Assembly: GCA_934167885.1 (NCBI GenBank)
Contig: CAKPMB010000003.1
Location: forward strand, 30,890-94,889
Length of the DNA: 64,000 nucleotides
Source: an uncultured Bacilli bacterium
GTDB taxonomy: Bacteria > Bacillota_I > Bacilli_A > RF39 > UBA660
Direction: 5' to 3'
Part shown: positions 1 through 11,731 of the stretch, one piece after another
Numbering within the stretch: position 1 is the first letter of the stretch
How the letters are laid out: each line of letters starts with the position of its first letter
Made by a program: the position numbers and the translations under genes
Notes under the pieces: generated by a model
The model's input: only the letters and a program-made list of their open reading frames with translations
Database searches by the model: none
What the model was told of the DNA's origin: nothing

Positions 1-1
1 T

Positions 2-112
2 TTAAATATCAAACCTAAAAAGAAAAGAGTAGGTCGTTATACTGGTCTTACAAATCGTCGTAAGAAAGCTATTGTTACATTAGCAGAAGGTATGACAATC
101 GATTTGAATTAA
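2..112 (+). CDS. rplW: 50S ribosomal protein L23, 3' fragment (start lies upstream of window)
   Basis: Frame open from window edge: ...[36 protein letters not shown] at 110-112; directly precedes rplB as in S10 operons. Confidence 0.85.
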   Translation, partial: LNIKPKKKRVGRYTGLTNRRKKAIVTLAEGMTIDLN

Positions 113-125
113 GGAGGGTTTAAGA

Positions 126-956
126 ATGGCTATTAGAAATTTTAAACCAATAACAAACGCAAGACGTAAGATGAGTACTTTAGTTAATGAAGAAATTACT
201 AAAAAAACTCCTGAAAAAAGCTTAATTGTTACATTAAAGAAAAATGGTGGTCGTAATAACCAAGGACAAATAACTGTTCGTCATCATGGTGGTGGAGAAA
301 AGAGAAAATATCGTATAATTGATTTTAAACGTAATAAATATGATGTTATCGGAACTGTAGCTTCTATTGAATATGATCCAAATAGAACTGCAAATATTGC
401 CTTGATTAATTATGCTGATGGTGAAAAAAGATATATTATTGCACCAAAAGATTTAAAAGTTGGTATGCAAGTTGTAAGTGGTGAGAATGCTGATATTAAA
501 GTTGGTAATGCTCTTCCAATAATGAATATTCCAGTTGGTACTGTTATTCATAATATTGAATTACGTCCAAAGAAAGGTGGCGAACTTGCTCGTTCTGCTG
601 GTTCATCTGCTCAAATCCTTGGTCGTGAAGGAAATTATGTAATGATTCGTTTATCAAGTGGTGAACAAAGAAAAGTATTGGGAACTTGTTATGCAACAAT
701 TGGTGAAGTTGGTAATGCTGATTATGAATTAGTTAAATTAGGAAAAGCAGGAAGAACACGTCATATGGGAATTCGTCCTACAGTTCGTGGATCTGTTATG
801 AACCCTAATGATCACCCACATGGTGGTGGTGAAGGTCGTGCACCAGTTGGACGTAAAGGACCAGTTACTCCATGGGGTAAACCAGCACTTGGTTATAAAA
901 CTCGTAAGAGAAAAGCAAGCGACAAACTTATCGTTCGTCGTCGTAATGATAAATAG
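126..956 (+). CDS. rplB: 50S ribosomal protein L2
   Basis: 276 aa; L2 signature [29 protein letters not shown]; GGAGGG RBS at 113-118. Confidence 0.98.
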   Translation: MAIRNFKPITNARRKMSTLVNEEITKKTPEKSLIVTLKKNGGRNNQGQITVRHHGGGEKRKYRIIDFKRNKYDVIGTVASIEYDPNRTANIALINYADGEKRYIIAPKDLKVGMQVVSGENADIKVGNALPIMNIPVGTVIHNIELRPKKGGELARSAGSSAQILGREGNYVMIRLSSGEQRKVLGTCYATIGEVGNADYELVKLGKAGRTRHMGIRPTVRGSVMNPNDHPHGGGEGRAPVGRKGPVTPWGKPALGYKTRKRKASDKLIVRRRNDK

Positions 957-974
957 AGAAAGGATTAAAAAAAT

Positions 975-1244
975 ATGGCAAGAAGTTTAAAAAAAGGACC
1001 TTATGTATTCGATAGATTACTAAAAAAGGTAAAGACATTAAATGAAACTGGTAAAAAAGAAGTTATAAAAACATGGTCACGCCGTTCAACTATTTATCCT
1101 GACTTTATTGGACATACTTTTGCAGTTCATAATGGAAAAGAATTTATTCCTGTTTATGTAACTGAAGACATGGTAGGACACAAGTTAGGTGAATTTGCTC
1201 TAACTCGTAAGTTCGGTGGCCATGGAGAAAATAAAGACAAGTAG
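975..1244 (+). CDS. rpsS: 30S ribosomal protein S19
   Basis: 89 aa; [30 protein letters not shown] typical of S19; operon position. Confidence 0.98.
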   Translation: MARSLKKGPYVFDRLLKKVKTLNETGKKEVIKTWSRRSTIYPDFIGHTFAVHNGKEFIPVYVTEDMVGHKLGEFALTRKFGGHGENKDK

Positions 1245-1267
1245 AAAGTTCTTATAGGAGGATAAAG

Positions 1268-1600
1268 ATGGAAGCAAAAGCAATCGCTAAGATGCAAAGA
1301 ATTTCTCCAATTAAAGCAAGATTAGTAATTGATTTAATTCGTGGAAAAAATGCAGATGAAGCGTTAACCATATTGGTAAATTATAATAATAAAGCTGCAG
1401 GTCTTATAAAGAAGGTACTTGATTCAGCTATTGCTAATGCTGTTAACAATAATAAAATGGATGAAAAGACATTATATGTTAAAGAAGCAAGAGTTGATGC
1501 AGGTCCAGTTATGAAGAGAATGATGTTTGATTCAAGAGGACATGTAGGACGTAAAGATAAAAGAACTAGTCACATTGTTATTACGGTGGCTAATAGATAG
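1268..1600 (+). CDS. rplV: 50S ribosomal protein L22
   Basis: 110 aa; AKAIAKMQRISPIKARLVIDLIRGK L22-type N-terminus; GGAGG RBS; operon position. Confidence 0.97.
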   Translation: MEAKAIAKMQRISPIKARLVIDLIRGKNADEALTILVNYNNKAAGLIKKVLDSAIANAVNNNKMDEKTLYVKEARVDAGPVMKRMMFDSRGHVGRKDKRTSHIVITVANR

Positions 1601-1612
1601 GAGGATATTGTT

Positions 1613-2266
1613 ATGGGACAAAAAGTTAGTCCAATAGGACTTAGAGTTGGAATCAATAAAGACTGGGAATCAAAATGGTATGCTCCTAAGAAAGATTTTT
1701 CAAAGAAATTAAACGAAGATATTAAGATTCGTGAATATATTGAGAAAAATTTAAATGACAAGGGCATTGCCAAGGTCGAAATTGAAAAAAATGATAGAAA
1801 ATGTGAAGTAATTATTCATTCTTCAAAACCAGGTGTATTAATTGGTAAAGGTGGCGAAGAAATTGAAAAAGTTAAGAAGGAATTATCAAAATTAACTGGA
1901 ACTAATGTATTCGTTTCAATCGTTGATATTAAAAAACCAGATTTAAATGCAAAATTAGTTGCTGATTCTATTGCTAAACAAATAAGCAATCGTGCATCAT
2001 TCAGAATGGCACAAAAACGTGCAATTAAGAATGCTATGAAAGCTGGAGCAAAGGGTATCAAAACTTCTGTATCAGGTCGTTTAGGTGGCGCTGATATGGC
2101 AAGAAGTGAAGGTTATACTGAAGGAACTATTCCATTACATACAATTCGTGCTGATGTTGATTATGCTAATAGTGAAGCTGATACAACATTTGGTAAGATT
2201 GGTGTTAAGGTTTGGATCTATAAAGGTGAGATACTTCCTACTAAACAAAATAAGGGAGGTAAGTAA
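1613..2266 (+). CDS. rpsC: 30S ribosomal protein S3
   Basis: 217 aa; [24 protein letters not shown] and KH-domain GKGGEEIEK. Confidence 0.98.
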   Translation: MGQKVSPIGLRVGINKDWESKWYAPKKDFSKKLNEDIKIREYIEKNLNDKGIAKVEIEKNDRKCEVIIHSSKPGVLIGKGGEEIEKVKKELSKLTGTNVFVSIVDIKKPDLNAKLVADSIAKQISNRASFRMAQKRAIKNAMKAGAKGIKTSVSGRLGGADMARSEGYTEGTIPLHTIRADVDYANSEADTTFGKIGVKVWIYKGEILPTKQNKGGK

Positions 2267-2268
2267 TT

Positions 2269-2694
2269 ATGGCTTTAATACCTGCAAGAGTTAAATATAG
2301 AAGAGTTCATAGACTTCCATACGAAGGTCGCGCAAAAGGTAATACTGAATTACATTTCGGTGAATATGGTCTTGTAAGTCGTGATGGAGCTTGGATTAAT
2401 GCTAATCAAATAGAGGCAGCTCGTGTTGCCATGACTCGTTATATGAAACGTGGTGGAAAAGTATGGATTAATATTTTCCCTCATATGCCAAGAACAGCAA
2501 AACCTATTGGTGTTCGTCAAGGAAAAGGTAAAGGTGCTGTTGAAGAGTGGGTTGCCGTTGTTAAAGAAGGCAAAATCATGTTTGAAATTGGTGGTGTAGA
2601 TGAGGCTACTGCACGTGAAGCATTCCGTTTAGCAAGTCACAAGTTACCAGTTAGAACAAAATTTATTATGAAAGAAAATGGTGGTGAAAAATAA
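2269..2694 (+). CDS. rplP: 50S ribosomal protein L16
   Basis: 141 aa; [20 protein letters not shown].. L16 N-terminus; operon position. Confidence 0.98.
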   Translation: MALIPARVKYRRVHRLPYEGRAKGNTELHFGEYGLVSRDGAWINANQIEAARVAMTRYMKRGGKVWINIFPHMPRTAKPIGVRQGKGKGAVEEWVAVVKEGKIMFEIGGVDEATAREAFRLASHKLPVRTKFIMKENGGEK

Positions 2695-2894
2695 TGAAGG
2701 TTAAAGAGATTAGAGAATTATCCACTAAAGAAATAAATGAGCATATCGTAAGCGCTAAAGAAGAATTATTTAATTTACGTTTTCAACAAGCAACAGGCGC
2801 ATTAGAAAAACCTTCACGTATTAAAGATTTAAGACACGAAGTAGCAAGAATGAAAACTGTGTTACGTGAACGTGAAATGAAGGAGGACAAATAA
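2694..2894 (+). CDS. rpmC: 50S ribosomal protein L29
   Basis: 66 aa; [21 protein letters not shown]; start shares a base with rplP stop (TAATG). Confidence 0.96.
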   Translation: MKVKEIRELSTKEINEHIVSAKEELFNLRFQQATGALEKPSRIKDLRHEVARMKTVLREREMKEDK

Positions 2895-3151
2895 TGGAAA
2901 AGCGAAGCCGTGAATTAATTGGTAAAGTTGTTAGTGCTAAAAATAATAAAACTATTACCGTAGTGGTAGAGACTTATAAAAAAGACCCATTATATGGAAA
3001 AAGAGTTAAGTCTTCAAAGAAATATGCCGTACATGATGAAACTAATAAGGCTAAGGTGGGCGACGAAGTTAGAATCGTTGAGACTAGACCATTATCAAAG
3101 ACGAAGTATTTCTATCTAAAAGAAATTGTAAAAGAAGCAGTTATTTTATAA
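2894..3151 (+). CDS. rpsQ: 30S ribosomal protein S17
   Basis: 85 aa; [28 protein letters not shown]; TAATG overlap with rpmC. Confidence 0.96.
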   Translation: MEKRSRELIGKVVSAKNNKTITVVVETYKKDPLYGKRVKSSKKYAVHDETNKAKVGDEVRIVETRPLSKTKYFYLKEIVKEAVIL

Positions 3152-3173
3152 CTCTAGATAAGGAGGATTAGAT

Positions 3174-3542
3174 ATGATTCAACAAGAAAGCCGTTTAAAA
3201 GTTGCTGATAACTCTGGAGCACGTGAATTATTAGTTATTCGTGTTTTAGGTGGTAGCAAGGTTAAAACTGGTAATATTGGTGACATAGTAGTAGGAACTG
3301 TTAAAAAGGCTACTCCTAATGGCACAGTTAAAAAAGGTAAAGTTGTTAAAGCAGTTGTTGTTAGAACAAAATTTGGTATTCATCGTAACGATGGTAGTTC
3401 AATTAAGTTTGATGATAATGCTTGTGTAATTATAAGAGATGATAAGAGTCCAATAGGAACACGTATATTTGGACCAGTAGCAAGGGAACTTCGTGAAAAA
3501 GATTTTATGAAAATTGTATCTCTTGCTAAAGAAGTACTATAA
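3174..3542 (+). CDS. rplN: 50S ribosomal protein L14
   Basis: 122 aa; [27 protein letters not shown]. Confidence 0.98.
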   Translation: MIQQESRLKVADNSGARELLVIRVLGGSKVKTGNIGDIVVGTVKKATPNGTVKKGKVVKAVVVRTKFGIHRNDGSSIKFDDNACVIIRDDKSPIGTRIFGPVARELREKDFMKIVSLAKEVL

Positions 3543-3553
3543 AGGAGCAAAAT

Positions 3554-3862
3554 ATGAATCTTAAAGTAAAAGATAAAGTTATAGTAATAGCTGGTTCTAA
3601 TAAAGGTAAAGAAGGATCTATCAAGAAAATATTAACAAAAGAAAACAAGGTTATTGTTGAAGGTGTTAATATTGTTAAGAAACATAAAAAAGGTAATGGT
3701 CAAGAATCTGGTGGTATCATTGAAATGGAAGCACCAATTCATGCATCAAACGTTATGTTAATTGATCCAAAAACAAAAAAACCTACTAGAATCGGGCATT
3801 CTATAGATAAAGATAATAAAAAAATTAGAGTTTCAAAGAAATCAAACGAAAAGTTTGATTAG
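3554..3862 (+). CDS. rplX: 50S ribosomal protein L24
   Basis: 102 aa; KOW motif KVKDKVIVIAGSNKGKEG; operon position. Confidence 0.96.
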   Translation: MNLKVKDKVIVIAGSNKGKEGSIKKILTKENKVIVEGVNIVKKHKKGNGQESGGIIEMEAPIHASNVMLIDPKTKKPTRIGHSIDKDNKKIRVSKKSNEKFD

Positions 3863-3880
3863 TCGGAAGGAGGGTAATCT

Positions 3881-4420
3881 ATGAACCGCCTAAAAGAAAA
3901 ATACTTAAATGAAGTAGTTCCAAGTTTAATGCAAAAACATAATTATAAATCAATTATGGAAGTTCCAAAATTAGAAAAAATTGTTGTAAATATTGGTGTT
4001 GGTGATGCCACTACTAATTCTAAATTATTAGATGCAGCAGTAAGTGATCTTGAGTTAATTACAGGTCAAAAGCCTGTTGTAACAAAAGCTCGTAAGTCAA
4101 TCGCAGGTTTTCATGTTCGTGAAGGTCAAGCAATTGGTTGTAAAGTAACTCTAAGAGGTGAAAATATGTATACTTTCTTAGATAAGTTAATAACAATTGG
4201 ACTTCCTCGAGTTAGAGATTTTCGTGGTGTTAATCCAAAAGGTTTTGATGGAAGAGGTAATTATACTTTAGGTATTAAAGAGCAATTAATCTTCTCAGAA
4301 ATCGAATATGATAATGTTGTAAAAGTTCGTGGTATGGATATTGTATTCGTAACAACTGCTAAAAACAATGAAGAAGCATTCGATTTATTAGATGAACTTG
4401 GAATGCCATTTAGAAAGTAA
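3881..4420 (+). CDS. rplE: 50S ribosomal protein L5
   Basis: 179 aa; [19 protein letters not shown].., [11 protein letters not shown]. Confidence 0.98.
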   Translation: MNRLKEKYLNEVVPSLMQKHNYKSIMEVPKLEKIVVNIGVGDATTNSKLLDAAVSDLELITGQKPVVTKARKSIAGFHVREGQAIGCKVTLRGENMYTFLDKLITIGLPRVRDFRGVNPKGFDGRGNYTLGIKEQLIFSEIEYDNVVKVRGMDIVFVTTAKNNEEAFDLLDELGMPFRK

Positions 4421-4432
4421 TTGGAGGATATT

Positions 4433-4618
4433 ATGGCTAAAAAAAGTATGATTATAAAAGCTAATAGAAAGCAAAAATATAAAGTTCGTGAATATACAAG
4501 ATGTTCACGTTGCGGAAGACCTCATGCTGTAATGAGTAAATTCGGTATTTGCCGTATTTGTTTTCGTGAATTAGCTTACAAAGGACAAATACCAGGTGTC
4601 AAAAAATCTAGCTGGTAG
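4433..4618 (+). CDS. rpsN: 30S ribosomal protein S14, zinc-ribbon type Z
   Basis: 61 aa from ATG 4433 (GGAGG RBS 4423-4427; the ORF-track start 4421 is an upstream TTG); [20 protein letters not shown]. Confidence 0.96.
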   Translation: MAKKSMIIKANRKQKYKVREYTRCSRCGRPHAVMSKFGICRICFRELAYKGQIPGVKKSSW

Positions 4619-4633
4619 AAGGAGGATAAATTT

Positions 4634-5032
4634 ATGGTAGTAACAGATACGATCGCAGATATGCTTACAAGAATTCGTAATGCTAATCAAATGCGCTATC
4701 AAGAAGTTAGTGTACCTGCTTCAAATTTAAAGTGTGAACTTGCTAAAATCCTTAAAGAAGAAGGATTTATTGAAGATTATAAGGTCGAAAAAGATGATGT
4801 TCAAGGAAATATTCTGTTAACATTGAAATATGGACAAAATAAAGAAAGAGTAATTACTGGATTAAAGCGTATTTCTAAACCAGGATTAAGAGTTTATGCA
4901 AAAAGTGATGAAATTCCTAAAGTATTAAATGGATTAGGAATTGCCATTATTTCTACTAGTCATGGTGTTATGACTGATAAAGAGGCTCGTAAACAAAATC
5001 TTGGTGGCGAAGTATTGGCTTATATTTGGTAG
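4634..5032 (+). CDS. rpsH: 30S ribosomal protein S8
   Basis: 132 aa; [18 protein letters not shown]. Confidence 0.98.
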   Translation: MVVTDTIADMLTRIRNANQMRYQEVSVPASNLKCELAKILKEEGFIEDYKVEKDDVQGNILLTLKYGQNKERVITGLKRISKPGLRVYAKSDEIPKVLNGLGIAIISTSHGVMTDKEARKQNLGGEVLAYIW

Positions 5033-5042
5033 AGGTAATAAT

Positions 5043-5582
5043 ATGAGTCGAATTGGAAATAGAAAGATAATTATTCCTGAAGGAATAAATGTAGAGTTAA
5101 ATGGCGATATCATAAAAGTTTCTTCTAACAATGACTCTTTAGAGATGAAATTATCAAACTTAATTAAAATGGAAGTTAATGGTAATGAAATTACTCTTGT
5201 AAAAGTTAATGATAGTAAAGAAGCAAATATGATTCATGGAACAATGAATGCTAATTTAACTAATATGATAATTGGTCTTAAAGAAGGCTATAAAAAAGAT
5301 TTAGAAATTATTGGTGTTGGATATCGTTTCAATGTTAAGGGTGATACACTAGTAATTAATGCAGGATACTCTCATCCAGTTGAATTAAGTATTCCAGCTG
5401 GTTTGAAAGTTGTAGCTACTAGTAATACAGAAATTACTATCTCAGGTAGTGATAAGGTATTATTAGGTGAATTTGCGGCTAACGTTCGTAAAGTTCGTCA
5501 ACCTGAACCATATAAGGGTAAAGGAATTCGTTATAAAGATGAACATGTTCGTCGTAAAGAAGGTAAAAAAGCTGCTAAATAA
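5043..5582 (+). CDS. rplF: 50S ribosomal protein L6
   Basis: 179 aa from ATG 5043 ([12 protein letters not shown]); ORF-track start 5001 overlaps rpsH and is unlikely. Confidence 0.96.
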   Translation: MSRIGNRKIIIPEGINVELNGDIIKVSSNNDSLEMKLSNLIKMEVNGNEITLVKVNDSKEANMIHGTMNANLTNMIIGLKEGYKKDLEIIGVGYRFNVKGDTLVINAGYSHPVELSIPAGLKVVATSNTEITISGSDKVLLGEFAANVRKVRQPEPYKGKGIRYKDEHVRRKEGKKAAK

Positions 5583-5599
5583 TAGATAAGGAGAAGAAA

Positions 5600-5959
5600 A
5601 TGATAAACAAAGTATCAAAAAACGAAACGCGTAAAATAAGACATGAACGTGTTCGTAGCAAAGTTTATGGAACAAGTGAAGTGCCTAGACTTTGTGTATA
5701 TCGTTCTAATACTAATATTTACGCACAAATTATCGATGATGAAAAGGGTATTACCTTAGTAAGTGCTAATTCATTAGATAAAGATTTAAAACTTACAACT
5801 AACAATCTAGAAGCAGCTAAAAAGATCGGTGAAGTTCTTGCTAAAAAAGCAAAGAAAGCTGGTATTGACAAAGTTGTATTTGATAGAGGTGGATACCTAT
5901 ACCATGGACGTGTTAAAGCTTTAGCTGAAGCTGCTCGCGAAAATGGTCTAGAATTCTAG
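5600..5959 (+). CDS. rplR: 50S ribosomal protein L18
   Basis: 119 aa; [24 protein letters not shown].., [21 protein letters not shown]. Confidence 0.98.
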   Translation: MINKVSKNETRKIRHERVRSKVYGTSEVPRLCVYRSNTNIYAQIIDDEKGITLVSANSLDKDLKLTTNNLEAAKKIGEVLAKKAKKAGIDKVVFDRGGYLYHGRVKALAEAARENGLEF

Positions 5960-5967
5960 GAGGCGTT

Positions 5968-6483
5968 ATGCAAAATAATAGAAAAGATAATAGAGACAAG
6001 ACAAAAACATTAGAAGAGTTAGTTATTGAAGTAAAAAGCGTTGTTAAAGTTACTCAAGGTGGACGTCAACGTCGTTTCTCTGCTACTGTTGTTGTTGGAG
6101 ACAAAAAAGGAACTGTTGGTATAGGTATTGGTAAAGCTAGTGAAGTACCAGATGCTGTTAAAAAAGCTATCCAATCTGCTAACAAGAACTTAATTAAGAT
6201 AAATCTAATAGATAACCGCACAATTGCTCATGAAGTAGTTGGTAAACAAGGTGCTGCTAAGGTTTTAATTAAACCTGCTCCTGCTGGTGCTGGATTAATC
6301 GCTGGTGGTGCTGTTAGATCTGTACTAGAACTTGCTGGTGTTAAAGATATTTCTTCAAAGTCACTTGGAGCTCGTACTAAGTTAAATATGGCGCAAGCAA
6401 CAATTAATGCATTAAAATCTCTTAAGAGTATGGATGAAGTTTGTCGCTTACGCGGAAAAACAGAAAGTGAGATTTTAGGATAA
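5968..6483 (+). CDS. rpsE: 30S ribosomal protein S5
   Basis: 171 aa; [37 protein letters not shown]. Confidence 0.98.
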   Translation: MQNNRKDNRDKTKTLEELVIEVKSVVKVTQGGRQRRFSATVVVGDKKGTVGIGIGKASEVPDAVKKAIQSANKNLIKINLIDNRTIAHEVVGKQGAAKVLIKPAPAGAGLIAGGAVRSVLELAGVKDISSKSLGARTKLNMAQATINALKSLKSMDEVCRLRGKTESEILG

Positions 6484-6926
6484 TGAAGTTAAATGAATTA
6501 ATGCAAAATAAAGGAGCAAAACAAGAAAGAAGACGTGTTGGTCGTGGTATGGGATCTGGACTTGGTAAAACAAGTGGCCGCGGTGAAAAAGGTCAAAAAG
6601 CTCGTAGTGGTGTATCAATAAAAGCTACATTCGAAGGTGGACAATTACCACTTTATCGTCGCCTTCCAAAAAGAGGTTTTTCAAATGCTCCATTTAAGAT
6701 TAAATATGCTGTAATTAATGTTTCTGATTTAAATAGATTTGAAGATGGAACAGTAGTTACTAAAGAATTATTAAAAGAAAGTGGATTAGTTAAGAACCAA
6801 TTAGATGGTGTTAAAGTATTAGGAAATGGCACACTTGAAAAGAAATTAACTATTAAAGCTGATAAATTTTCACGTGAAGCTATTGAAAAAATAGAGAAGT
6901 CAGGAAGTAAGTACGAGGTGATGTAA
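6483..6926 (+). CDS. rplO: 50S ribosomal protein L15
   Basis: 147 aa; [27 protein letters not shown]; TAATG overlap with rpsE, leaving no room for rpmD. Confidence 0.97.
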   Translation: MKLNELMQNKGAKQERRRVGRGMGSGLGKTSGRGEKGQKARSGVSIKATFEGGQLPLYRRLPKRGFSNAPFKIKYAVINVSDLNRFEDGTVVTKELLKESGLVKNQLDGVKVLGNGTLEKKLTIKADKFSREAIEKIEKSGSKYEVM

Positions 6927-6927
6927 C

Positions 6928-8202
6928 ATGTTTGCTAATTTAAAGCAAATATTTGCACCTACCAACAAGGACTTACGTAAAAGAATATTATTTACATTAG
7001 GTGCATTGTTAATTTTTATTGTAGGAACTACCCTAAGAGTTCCTGGAACAACAGATATTACTAATAACCTTGGATTTTTGGAATTAATAAATGCCATGGG
7101 TGGTGGTGCCTTAAAAAATTTCTCAATTTTTGCATTAGGTGTTTCACCATATATTACTGCTAGTATTATTATTCAATTACTAGAGATGGATATAATTCCT
7201 TATTTTTCCGAATTATCAAAAGAAGGACCTGTTGGAAGACGTAAACTTAATCAAATAACTAGATACGTTGGTATAGCTTTTGCTTTTATTCAAGGATATG
7301 CATTTAGTTATGCATTCCTAGGTAATGCTAGTAGTTTTGATTATTTGTATGTTGCTGTAATTTTAACAGCTGGAACAGCTTTCTGTTTGTGGTTAGGAGA
7401 TCAAATAACTCAAAAAGGTATTGGTAATGGTGTTAGTTTGATGATTATGGCTGGTATTATATCAACCTTACCATCAACATTTATTGCAGCTTTTAAGGAG
7501 CTTGTAGTATTCACTGGTGGCGCATGGCCTATAACCCTTGGTATTTTAAAATTTGTGGGTTTTATTCTTGCATATTTTGTAATTATTGTTGGTGTTATAT
7601 ATGTTCAAGAGGCAGAGCGAAGAATTCCTCTTCAATATGCTAATAGAACAACTGGTTCATATGGTAGTGAGCAATCATTTTTACCAATCAAATTGAATAC
7701 AGCATCCGTTATTCCAGTAATTTTTGCATCTAGTTTGTTAGCAATTCCTGCAACTATCGCTAATTTTGTTAGCAATGAGGGATTTAAAAGTTTTGTAAAT
7801 ACATATTTAGATTATACAAAACCCGTTGGATTTATAATATATATAATTTTAATATTCTTCTTTGGATACTTTTATACATTCTTACAATTAAAACCAGAGG
7901 ATGTATCAGAGAATTTACAAAAGAATGGTGGATATATACCTGGTATTCGTCCAGGTAAGGATACAACAAAGTATGTTAGTTATGTTTTATCAAGAATAAC
8001 AATCACAGGAACATGTTTCTTAATTGTTCTTGCGATTATACCAATTATTTTACAAAAATTGACTGGTTCACAAATTGGTGCTGCCATTGGTGGAACTGGA
8101 ATATTGATTGTTGTTGGTGTTGCTCTTGAAACTTATAAACAGCTTGAAGGAAGCCTTGCAACAAGAACATACAAAAAAGCTGTAAAAGGAAGAAGAAGAT
8201 AA
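6928..8202 (+). CDS. secY: Preprotein translocase subunit SecY
   Basis: 424 aa polytopic membrane protein; GVSPYITASIIIQLL, operon position after rplO. Confidence 0.97.
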   Translation: MFANLKQIFAPTNKDLRKRILFTLGALLIFIVGTTLRVPGTTDITNNLGFLELINAMGGGALKNFSIFALGVSPYITASIIIQLLEMDIIPYFSELSKEGPVGRRKLNQITRYVGIAFAFIQGYAFSYAFLGNASSFDYLYVAVILTAGTAFCLWLGDQITQKGIGNGVSLMIMAGIISTLPSTFIAAFKELVVFTGGAWPITLGILKFVGFILAYFVIIVGVIYVQEAERRIPLQYANRTTGSYGSEQSFLPIKLNTASVIPVIFASSLLAIPATIANFVSNEGFKSFVNTYLDYTKPVGFIIYIILIFFFGYFYTFLQLKPEDVSENLQKNGGYIPGIRPGKDTTKYVSYVLSRITITGTCFLIVLAIIPIILQKLTGSQIGAAIGGTGILIVVGVALETYKQLEGSLATRTYKKAVKGRRR

Positions 8203-8206
8203 GAAG

Positions 8207-8857
8207 ATGAAAAATATTATATTCATAGCTCCACCTGCTGCCGGTAAAGGCACAGCTTCGGAGAAATTATGTGAAAAATATAATTATGTCCATATTTCAA
8301 CAGGTGATATTTTAAGAGAAATGGCTAATGTTGATAATGACTTAGGCCATAATATAAAGAATTTGTTACAAAAAGGAGAACTAATTCCTGATGATATTGT
8401 TTATGAAGCAGTAGAAAAAAGACTTAGTATGCCTGATCTTGATAATGGTTATATTCTAGATGGCTTTCCAAGAAATCTTGAACAAGCTATTAAATATGAT
8501 GAAATATTAAAAAGAATTAATCGTTCACTAGGAATTGTAATAAATTTAGATACGGCTAAAGATGTTCTTGAAAAAAGAATAACTGGACGTCGTATATGTA
8601 AGGTATGTGGTCAAACACATAACGTTCTTACAAATGTAAATGCTCCCGTTGTTGAAGGTAAATGTAACAAATGTGGAGGCGAATTGTATCAAAGAACAGA
8701 TGATAACTATGATTCATTTCAAAATCGTTATAAAACATATCTTGAAAAAACGATGCCTTTATTAGACTATTATGATAAAAAGAATGTTTTATATACCATA
8801 AAGTCAAATGATCCTATGGATACATTAAAGGAAATAGAGGCTTTGATAAATGATTAG
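8207..8857 (+). CDS. adk: Adenylate kinase (zinc-lid type)
   Basis: 216 aa; P-loop APPAAGKGT, lid CKVCG...CNKCGG. Confidence 0.96.
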   Translation: MKNIIFIAPPAAGKGTASEKLCEKYNYVHISTGDILREMANVDNDLGHNIKNLLQKGELIPDDIVYEAVEKRLSMPDLDNGYILDGFPRNLEQAIKYDEILKRINRSLGIVINLDTAKDVLEKRITGRRICKVCGQTHNVLTNVNAPVVEGKCNKCGGELYQRTDDNYDSFQNRYKTYLEKTMPLLDYYDKKNVLYTIKSNDPMDTLKEIEALIND

Positions 8858-9608
8858 TATTAAAAGTGATCGTGAAATTGAATTATTGGCAATTGCTGGA
8901 AATATCGTTTATGAAACACATCAGTATTTAAAACCCTTTGTTAAAGAAGGGATAACTACTAAGGAATTAGATGAGTTAGCTGAAGCGTTTATTTTAAGTA
9001 AAGGTGCAACGCCATCTTTTAAAAATTATGATGGATTTCCAGCAAGTATATGCACAAGTATTAATCAAGAAGTTGTTCATGGTATTCCAAGTCGTCGTCG
9101 TCTTCGAAATGGTGATATAATATCAATAGATATTGGTGCTTGTTATAAGGGATATCATGGTGATTCAGCTTGGACATACGCTGTAGGTGAGATAAGTCCT
9201 AAGAAGAAGGAATTATTAAAACATACAGAGGAAAGTTTATTCGCTGGTCTTAATGAAATTAAACCAGGTGCCCATATCGGCGATATTGGCGAAGCAATAT
9301 TTAATTGTGCAACAAAGTATAATTTAGGTGTTGTTCGTGAATTAGTTGGTCATGGTGTCGGAACTTCTGTGCATGAAGAACCGGATGTTCCAAATTATGG
9401 TCATCGAGGAACTGGTCCAGTTTTAAAGAAGGGTATGGTTATTGCTGTTGAACCAATGTTGACATTGGGAAGAAGAGATATTTGTATTCTTGATGATGAT
9501 TGGACAATTGAAACCGTTGATAATAGCCCAAGTGCTCATTATGAACATACGGTTGCTGTTACCGATAATGGATATCGAATTTTGACGGGGAGGAAATTAA
9601 ATGGCTAA
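8850..9608 (+). CDS. map: Methionine aminopeptidase type I
   Basis: 252 aa; [32 protein letters not shown]; 8-nt overlap with adk. Confidence 0.96.
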   Translation: MISIKSDREIELLAIAGNIVYETHQYLKPFVKEGITTKELDELAEAFILSKGATPSFKNYDGFPASICTSINQEVVHGIPSRRRLRNGDIISIDIGACYKGYHGDSAWTYAVGEISPKKKELLKHTEESLFAGLNEIKPGAHIGDIGEAIFNCATKYNLGVVRELVGHGVGTSVHEEPDVPNYGHRGTGPVLKKGMVIAVEPMLTLGRRDICILDDDWTIETVDNSPSAHYEHTVAVTDNGYRILTGRKLNG

Positions 9609-9816
9609 AAATGATACGATTGAGGTAGAAGGAAAAGTTTTAGAAGTTTTACCGGGTTACAAATTCAAGGTTGAGCTTGTGAATAAGCATATCATTGAAG
9701 CTCACGTTTCCGGTAAAATGCGAATGAATTACATTCGTATCGTGGAAGGCGATAATGTAGTTGTTGAGTTATCGCCATACGATTTAACACGTGGGCGTAT
9801 AACCTATAGGAAATAG
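9601..9816 (+). CDS. infA: Translation initiation factor IF-1
   Basis: 71 aa; [27 protein letters not shown]1-like. Confidence 0.97.
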   Translation: MAKNDTIEVEGKVLEVLPGYKFKVELVNKHIIEAHVSGKMRMNYIRIVEGDNVVVELSPYDLTRGRITYRK

Positions 9817-9827
9817 GAGGGAAAATA

Positions 9828-9941
9828 ATGAAAGTTAAACCATCAGTAAAACCAATTTGTGCTAAATGCAAGGTAATTAAACGAAAAGGAAAAGTAATGG
9901 TTATTTGTGAGAACCCAAAACACAAACAAACTCAAGGGTAA
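9828..9941 (+). CDS. rpmJ: 50S ribosomal protein L36
   Basis: Not in ORF track (37 aa): [37 protein letters not shown]; GGAGGG RBS 9816-9821; TAA 9939-9941. Confidence 0.95.
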   Translation: MKVKPSVKPICAKCKVIKRKGKVMVICENPKHKQTQG

Positions 9942-9956
9942 AATAAGGAGGAATTT

Positions 9957-10322
9957 ATGGCACGTATAAAAGGTGTAGATATCCCTAATGACAAACATAT
10001 TGTGATATCTCTAACTTATATTTATGGTATTGGGCATAGTCTTGCTAAAGAAATTTGCGAAAAAGCAAAGATTGACCCAACTAAAAAAGCAGGCGATTTA
10101 ACAATTGAAGAATTAAATTTACTTCGTGATGCTATTGGTGAACATTTAGTTGAAGGTGATTTACGTCGTGAAGTAAATATGAACATTAAAACAAAAATGG
10201 AAATTAATTCATATCAAGGAACTCGTCATAAAAAAGGTTTACCTGTTCGTGGGCAAAGAACTAATAGAAATGCTCGCACAAGAAAAGGAAAAGGTAAGAC
10301 TGTTGCTAATAAAAAGAAATAG
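9957..10322 (+). CDS. rpsM: 30S ribosomal protein S13
   Basis: 121 aa; [26 protein letters not shown]. Confidence 0.98.
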   Translation: MARIKGVDIPNDKHIVISLTYIYGIGHSLAKEICEKAKIDPTKKAGDLTIEELNLLRDAIGEHLVEGDLRREVNMNIKTKMEINSYQGTRHKKGLPVRGQRTNRNARTRKGKGKTVANKKK

Positions 10323-10347
10323 TTTAATAAAATTATAGGAGGATAAC

Positions 10348-10731
10348 ATGGCTTATAAGCAAAGAAAGAGAAAAGTTAAGAAGAATATTCCTGAAGGAAT
10401 AGCTCATATTCATGCAACTTTTAATAATACAATAGTTACTCTTTCTGATAAAGAAGGAAATGCTATTGCTTGGGCATCAGCTGGTGCTTTAGGTTTCAAA
10501 GGAAGTAAAAAATCTACACCATTTGCTGCTGGTCTAGCTTCAGAAGCTGCTGGTAAAAAAGCATATGATTTAGGTATGCGTAAGGTTGAGGTATTTGTTA
10601 AAGGATTAGGACCTGGTCGTGAAACAGCAATTAGATCATTACAAACTGCAGGCCTTGAAATTACATCAATTGATGATGTAACACCTATTCCACACAATGG
10701 ATGTCGTCCACCAAAACGTCCACGCGGATAG
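10348..10731 (+). CDS. rpsK: 30S ribosomal protein S11
   Basis: 127 aa; [30 protein letters not shown]. Confidence 0.98.
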   Translation: MAYKQRKRKVKKNIPEGIAHIHATFNNTIVTLSDKEGNAIAWASAGALGFKGSKKSTPFAAGLASEAAGKKAYDLGMRKVEVFVKGLGPGRETAIRSLQTAGLEITSIDDVTPIPHNGCRPPKRPRG

Positions 10732-10753
10732 TATTATTAAAAGGGAGGATTTC

Positions 10754-11722
10754 ATGATTCAATTTGAAAAACCAATTTATAAAATAACAGATTACGTAGA
10801 AAGTAATTTCTATGGTAAATTTGAATTAGAACCTTTAGAAAGAGGTTTTGGAACAACAATCGGTAATGCTTTAAGAAGAGTTTTATTATCAAGCTTACCT
10901 GGTAGTGCAATCTCTAGTGTTAAGATTGATGGAGTTCAACATGAATTCCAAACAATTGAAGGCATAAGAGAAGATGTTGTAACAATTATATTAAATTTAA
11001 AAAGTTTAGTTGTTAAGAATCATACTCAAGATGAAAAAGTTATTAGAATTGATGTAACCGGTAAAGAGGATGAAACTATTGTTACAGCTGGTGATATTAT
11101 TCATGATGCAGATATTGAAATTTTAAATCCTGATTTAGTTATTGCGACAGTAGCTCGTGGTGGACATTTAGGTATGGAAATTAATATTTCAAATGGTCGT
11201 GGATACGTTCGTAGTGAAGAAAATAAAAAAGCATTAGAACTTGCTAATAATAAAAAGGTTGGTTTAATTGCTGTTGATTCACTATATTCACCAATTGAAA
11301 GAGTATCATACGAAGTTGAAAGTGCTCGTGTTGGACAAAATGAAAATTATGATCGTTTAATATTAAATGTTTGGACAAATGGTGCTATGCGCCCAGAAGA
11401 AGCTGTTGCACTTGCTTCACAAATTTTGATTGAACATTTTAAGATGTTAACTGATTTAAGTAATATTGCTGATATGACTGGTATGATGATTGAAAAAACT
11501 GAAGATTCAAAGACTAAGGCATTAGAAACATCAATTGATGATTTAGATTTTTCAGTAAGAGCATACAATTGCTTAAAGAGAGCAAATATTCATACATTAC
11601 AAGATTTAGTAAGTAAAGATGAAAGTGAAATAATGAAAATACGTAATTTAGGAAAGAAATCTTTAAAAGAAGTTTTAGACAAGATTAAAGAAATGGGCCT
11701 AGATTTACGTGATAATGACTAG
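10754..11722 (+). CDS. rpoA: DNA-directed RNA polymerase subunit alpha
   Basis: 322 aa from ATG 10754 (MIQFEKP.., GGGAGG RBS); GNALRRVLLSS NTD and C-terminal domain LDFSVRAYNCLKRANIHTLQDL. Confidence 0.97.
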   Translation: MIQFEKPIYKITDYVESNFYGKFELEPLERGFGTTIGNALRRVLLSSLPGSAISSVKIDGVQHEFQTIEGIREDVVTIILNLKSLVVKNHTQDEKVIRIDVTGKEDETIVTAGDIIHDADIEILNPDLVIATVARGGHLGMEINISNGRGYVRSEENKKALELANNKKVGLIAVDSLYSPIERVSYEVESARVGQNENYDRLILNVWTNGAMRPEEAVALASQILIEHFKMLTDLSNIADMTGMMIEKTEDSKTKALETSIDDLDFSVRAYNCLKRANIHTLQDLVSKDESEIMKIRNLGKKSLKEVLDKIKEMGLDLRDND

Positions 11723-11731
11723 GAGGTACTA

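Noticed and set aside
808-2294. ORF-track entries 808-990(+), 1570-1773(-), 1816-2061(-) and 2085-2294(+) inside rplB, rplV, rpsC and rplP
   Set aside because: These are alternate-frame or antisense shadows of highly conserved ribosomal genes. They have low-complexity products and no RBS.
4934-11568. ORF-track entries 4934-5131(-), 5463-5675(-), 6900-7097(-), 8068-8253(-), 9692-9925(-), 10410-10697(-) and 11347-11568(-)
   Set aside because: All lie antisense to confidently identified core genes. They have no start context and are typical AT-rich shadow ORFs.
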